A DNA stretch of 63,560 nt, the filler included, from Trichosphaerium sp. ATCC 40318 (lineage: Eukaryota; Protista; Tubulinea), in NCBI GenBank assembly GCA_038496445.1. It is 3 parts of 3 records of this genome, joined end to end, with 100 filler letters (N's around TTAATTAATTAA, not from the genome) between each part and the next. Parts side by side here need not be neighbours in the genome. Positions count along the whole stretch, not along the records: positions 52,335 to 63,560 come from JALMLS010000636.1; 2 more parts are not named here. One strand, given 5' to 3'. Numbering within the stretch: the stretch's first letter is position 1; each line of letters starts with the position of its first letter. A model generated the notes under the pieces. The model was not told the origin of the DNA, did not search any database, and saw only the letters and a list, made by a program, of their open reading frames with translations. Positions 61,021-63,560 of the stretch are shown here, one piece after another. Made by a program: the position numbers and the translations under genes.

Positions 61021-62709
61021 ATGAAGAAACAAGTATCACAACTCCTTACCGCTCCCGCTGGGACCGGCAAGTCTTATATGGTTACGTGGGACCTGGTGGA
61101 ACGTTGGCTCCCCAACACGACCGGGCCCGTGATCACAAACATGCCCTACGGCCTGGTGCCTGAAAGCCACTCCAGCCCGCCCCAGTTCGAAGGGGAAACC
61201 TTCGCCCAACGCATCGGCGAATATGTCGCCGCGAAGCACGGGGGCGACCCCTTCGAGTATGAAAGCCGCATCCAGCTCATTAGCAACGATGTGCTGGAAG
61301 CCTGGAAGACTGGCGAGGAAACACCGCTGGAAACCTTTCAGAACACAGACATAACCGGGGCTCTCATCATCATCGATGAAGCCCACAACTACATCGGTCG
61401 TGGGTCGGAGTTCCGCCAATGCAAAACGCGTTGGCAAAAGTTCTGCGGCGAGCTTCGGCATCAAGGCGGTTGCATTCAGTTCGTCACCCAGACCCCTGGC
61501 AAGCTCGCCAAAGAGATCATTGACGAGTGCGGGGTGCGTCAAGCTCTTGTAGATTCGGAAGAGGAGCGGGACCCCATTTTCGGGATTCAGCTCTACTATT
61601 GGTATCAGTTGAAAGCGAAGATTTTCGGGCGTTACAACTCCTGTTTCGTGCGTATCGACATGCGTGATATCGATGGCAAGAAGAACAAGCACGACAACGT
61701 CGAACGGGTCATCCGCAAGCAAGAGATTTTCGCGTTATACGATTCGTTCGCCGCTCCGATCGCTGGGGGCGTTGCGGCCTCTGCGGGTGTTGAAAAGAAG
61801 GAATGGGAGAAGCGAGGTTGGGGGTCGTTTCTCCTTTGGTTCTTCTACGCGAATCCTTGGAAACTCTCGAAGCCGTTTCTCATAGCCGGGTTGCTGATCT
61901 TCGTGATGCTCAACGGAAAAACGATCTTCGGTTCGTTCGTTGGTGCGATTCAATACGGTGCGACCGGGGTTCCTCCAGCTCAAGCGGAAGGCGTTCCCAC
62001 TTCTTACACTTCAAACAACTCACCAGAAGACAACCAGGTTCATTCGGATGCCCTTGCAAAACTCGAAGAAGAAAAACAAGAACTGTTGCAGCGAATCGAA
62101 GAAGCCGAATCCAAACTCAGGAAGCTCTCAGTGCTCCGGGTCGTTACCCCCAACTCTGTTACGACTGCCGACGGTCAAACGTACCGCGTCGGCGAAACCA
62201 TCCTCTACGGTGACCTCGTCGGCCGTCGTGTTGCGTCGGTCGATTTTGCTCGTCGCGCTTGCAAGTTGGATAACGGCGTCTGGGTGTTCCTCGGTGAGAA
62301 CCAAGAGACCGGAGGTCCCCGCGTTGGTCCCCCTGTATCAACTCCTTCCGACCGAATCGACGAGCAAGAAAACGGAGTCCCGTTATATGAAAACGGTCAC
62401 CCTGTCGGCGGAAGGTCAGCGGATCGGGGTTCTTCTCCGTCAGATTTCAGTCGACTCGGGGCTGTCGGTGGTGATAGCCGAGAACCTCGATCGGGCTTCC
62501 ATATCGTTGGAAGTCACGAGACAACCGGCGGACCTGGTCATAGCGGCGATAGCTCGGAGGCTTGGAACGGAAGTAACGAGGACCGGGGAGCTGTACTTCA
62601 TTGGAGACCTGCGACCGGAAGACCGTGGGGTGTTAGTCCGGTCCGCCGGGTATCTGGACACGGACAAACGCCAGTCTACAGCCGAGCTGTTTATCTCCGA
62701 ACATGGTAG
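61021..62709 (+). CDS. zot: Zot/pI morphogenesis ATPase (copy 2, intact, 562 aa)
   Basis: Same motifs as copy 1, uninterrupted. Confidence 0.92.
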   Translation: MKKQVSQLLTAPAGTGKSYMVTWDLVERWLPNTTGPVITNMPYGLVPESHSSPPQFEGETFAQRIGEYVAAKHGGDPFEYESRIQLISNDVLEAWKTGEETPLETFQNTDITGALIIIDEAHNYIGRGSEFRQCKTRWQKFCGELRHQGGCIQFVTQTPGKLAKEIIDECGVRQALVDSEEERDPIFGIQLYYWYQLKAKIFGRYNSCFVRIDMRDIDGKKNKHDNVERVIRKQEIFALYDSFAAPIAGGVAASAGVEKKEWEKRGWGSFLLWFFYANPWKLSKPFLIAGLLIFVMLNGKTIFGSFVGAIQYGATGVPPAQAEGVPTSYTSNNSPEDNQVHSDALAKLEEEKQELLQRIEEAESKLRKLSVLRVVTPNSVTTADGQTYRVGETILYGDLVGRRVASVDFARRACKLDNGVWVFLGENQETGGPRVGPPVSTPSDRIDEQENGVPLYENGHPVGGRSADRGSSPSDFSRLGAVGGDSREPRSGFHIVGSHETTGGPGHSGDSSEAWNGSNEDRGAVLHWRPATGRPWGVSPVRRVSGHGQTPVYSRAVYLRTW

Positions 62710-63560
62710 GGCGTTGGCCCTTCCCGATGGTCAATTGGTCGTCGCCGATCGTGTTGAAGTACTCCAGCGAATCAACGACGCTTTTGATCAGCTCGCCGCG
62801 GCGGATCGATCATCGTGGTTGGTTCAGTTGCACGTTGTGAGCGTTACGGAAACCATTGAAAGCGAACTCGGTTTGACGAACACGCTCACCTCCGGTGCGA
62901 CCGTTGGTTATTCGGATGGTGTGGGTGTCGTCGATGCGGCTGTCAGCCTTGAAGCCAAGCTATCTGCGATGCGTGAACGCGAAGACGTTGGCGTTTTGTG
63001 GGAGCCTGCTTTCGTGCTTCGTCCTTCGGCCCCAGCGGAATTCAATGATTCCCGACGCTTTCCGATTGTCGAGCTGCTCACCTCGAACGACTCACGCGAA
63101 CAACGCGAAGTCGTACGGTATGTTGACGTGGGCCGATCCGTGAACGTAACCGTCGAACCGATCGGGGCAGGGCAGGGCGTCTTGTCGATCGACCTCGTTG
63201 ACGAAGTCGTTTCGTCGCTCGTCGATGGCCGTCCGATCACCGACGGTATCACGTTCAAGGGCTCCGCCACGGTTGGCGAATCGGGTACCTATCTGCTCGG
63301 GAAACCAAACGCAACGAGACACGTAGCCGGTCATCTGACTGGCTTTCTTTCGTTCGGGGTCGTGGCACGTTCTCCGACCGTGTTGTAGTCTTCGCCCGCG
63401 TTCTTCGGGTTGCTGGTGCCATCGAGTCACAACCGGACCCGCAAGCGAGCGAAGCGGTTCAGCGTAGCGAGCTGCGGAAGCCGGTTGATTCCTCGCAGGA
63501 TGAAAGCCAACCGGAAACGTCGGTTGAAGGTCAAACACGTCTTAAGCCAATGAGGGCAAA
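62228..63560 (+). CDS. pIV-like secretin (copy 2, 1-nt deletion near 63300, runs off the window)
   Basis: Identical to copy 1 except GGG versus GGGG. Confidence 0.78.

Larger units (their letters stand above)
52335..63560 (+). mobile_element. Filamentous phage (inovirus) genome, unit ~7,664-7,665 bp, ~1.46 head-to-tail copies
   Basis: 52337 matches 60001 (offset 7664). All genes are on one strand, in the order rep-ssb-small coats-pIII-pVI-Zot-secretin. Confidence 0.93.

Overview
The window is three separate contigs joined by artificial 100-nt N spacers that carry TTAATTAATTAA (26559-26658, 52235-52334). Contig 1 (1-26558) is AT-rich, intron-dense protist DNA, possibly amoebozoan. It holds three tandem paralogues of a secreted Cys-rich RTX-like repeat protein, a 5'-truncated RNase H-encoding non-LTR retrotransposon with a 13-bp TSD, a full ABCA transporter, and a class C GPCR whose ectodomain is a parallel beta-helix. 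Contig 2 (26659-52234) looks like the same eukaryote. It holds a BAHD-like transferase, F-box/MORN, F-box/SPRY and F-box/LRR genes, a DUF4419 gene, and a ~5.4-kb-arm palindrome that cuts a tgt gene in half (probably an amplification fold-back chimera). Contig 3 (52335-63560) is GC-rich and is ~1.46 tandem copies of a ~7.66-kb filamentous phage (inovirus) genome: HUH Rep, ssDNA-binding protein, small coat proteins, two tandem major-coat paralogues, a pIII-like protein with Ca-binding DxDxDGIPD repeats, pVI, Zot/pI, and a secretin with a probable lipoprotein signal overprinted on Zot. Eukaryotic exon boundaries were read by eye and are approximate. Family assignments come from recognised motifs, not database searches.
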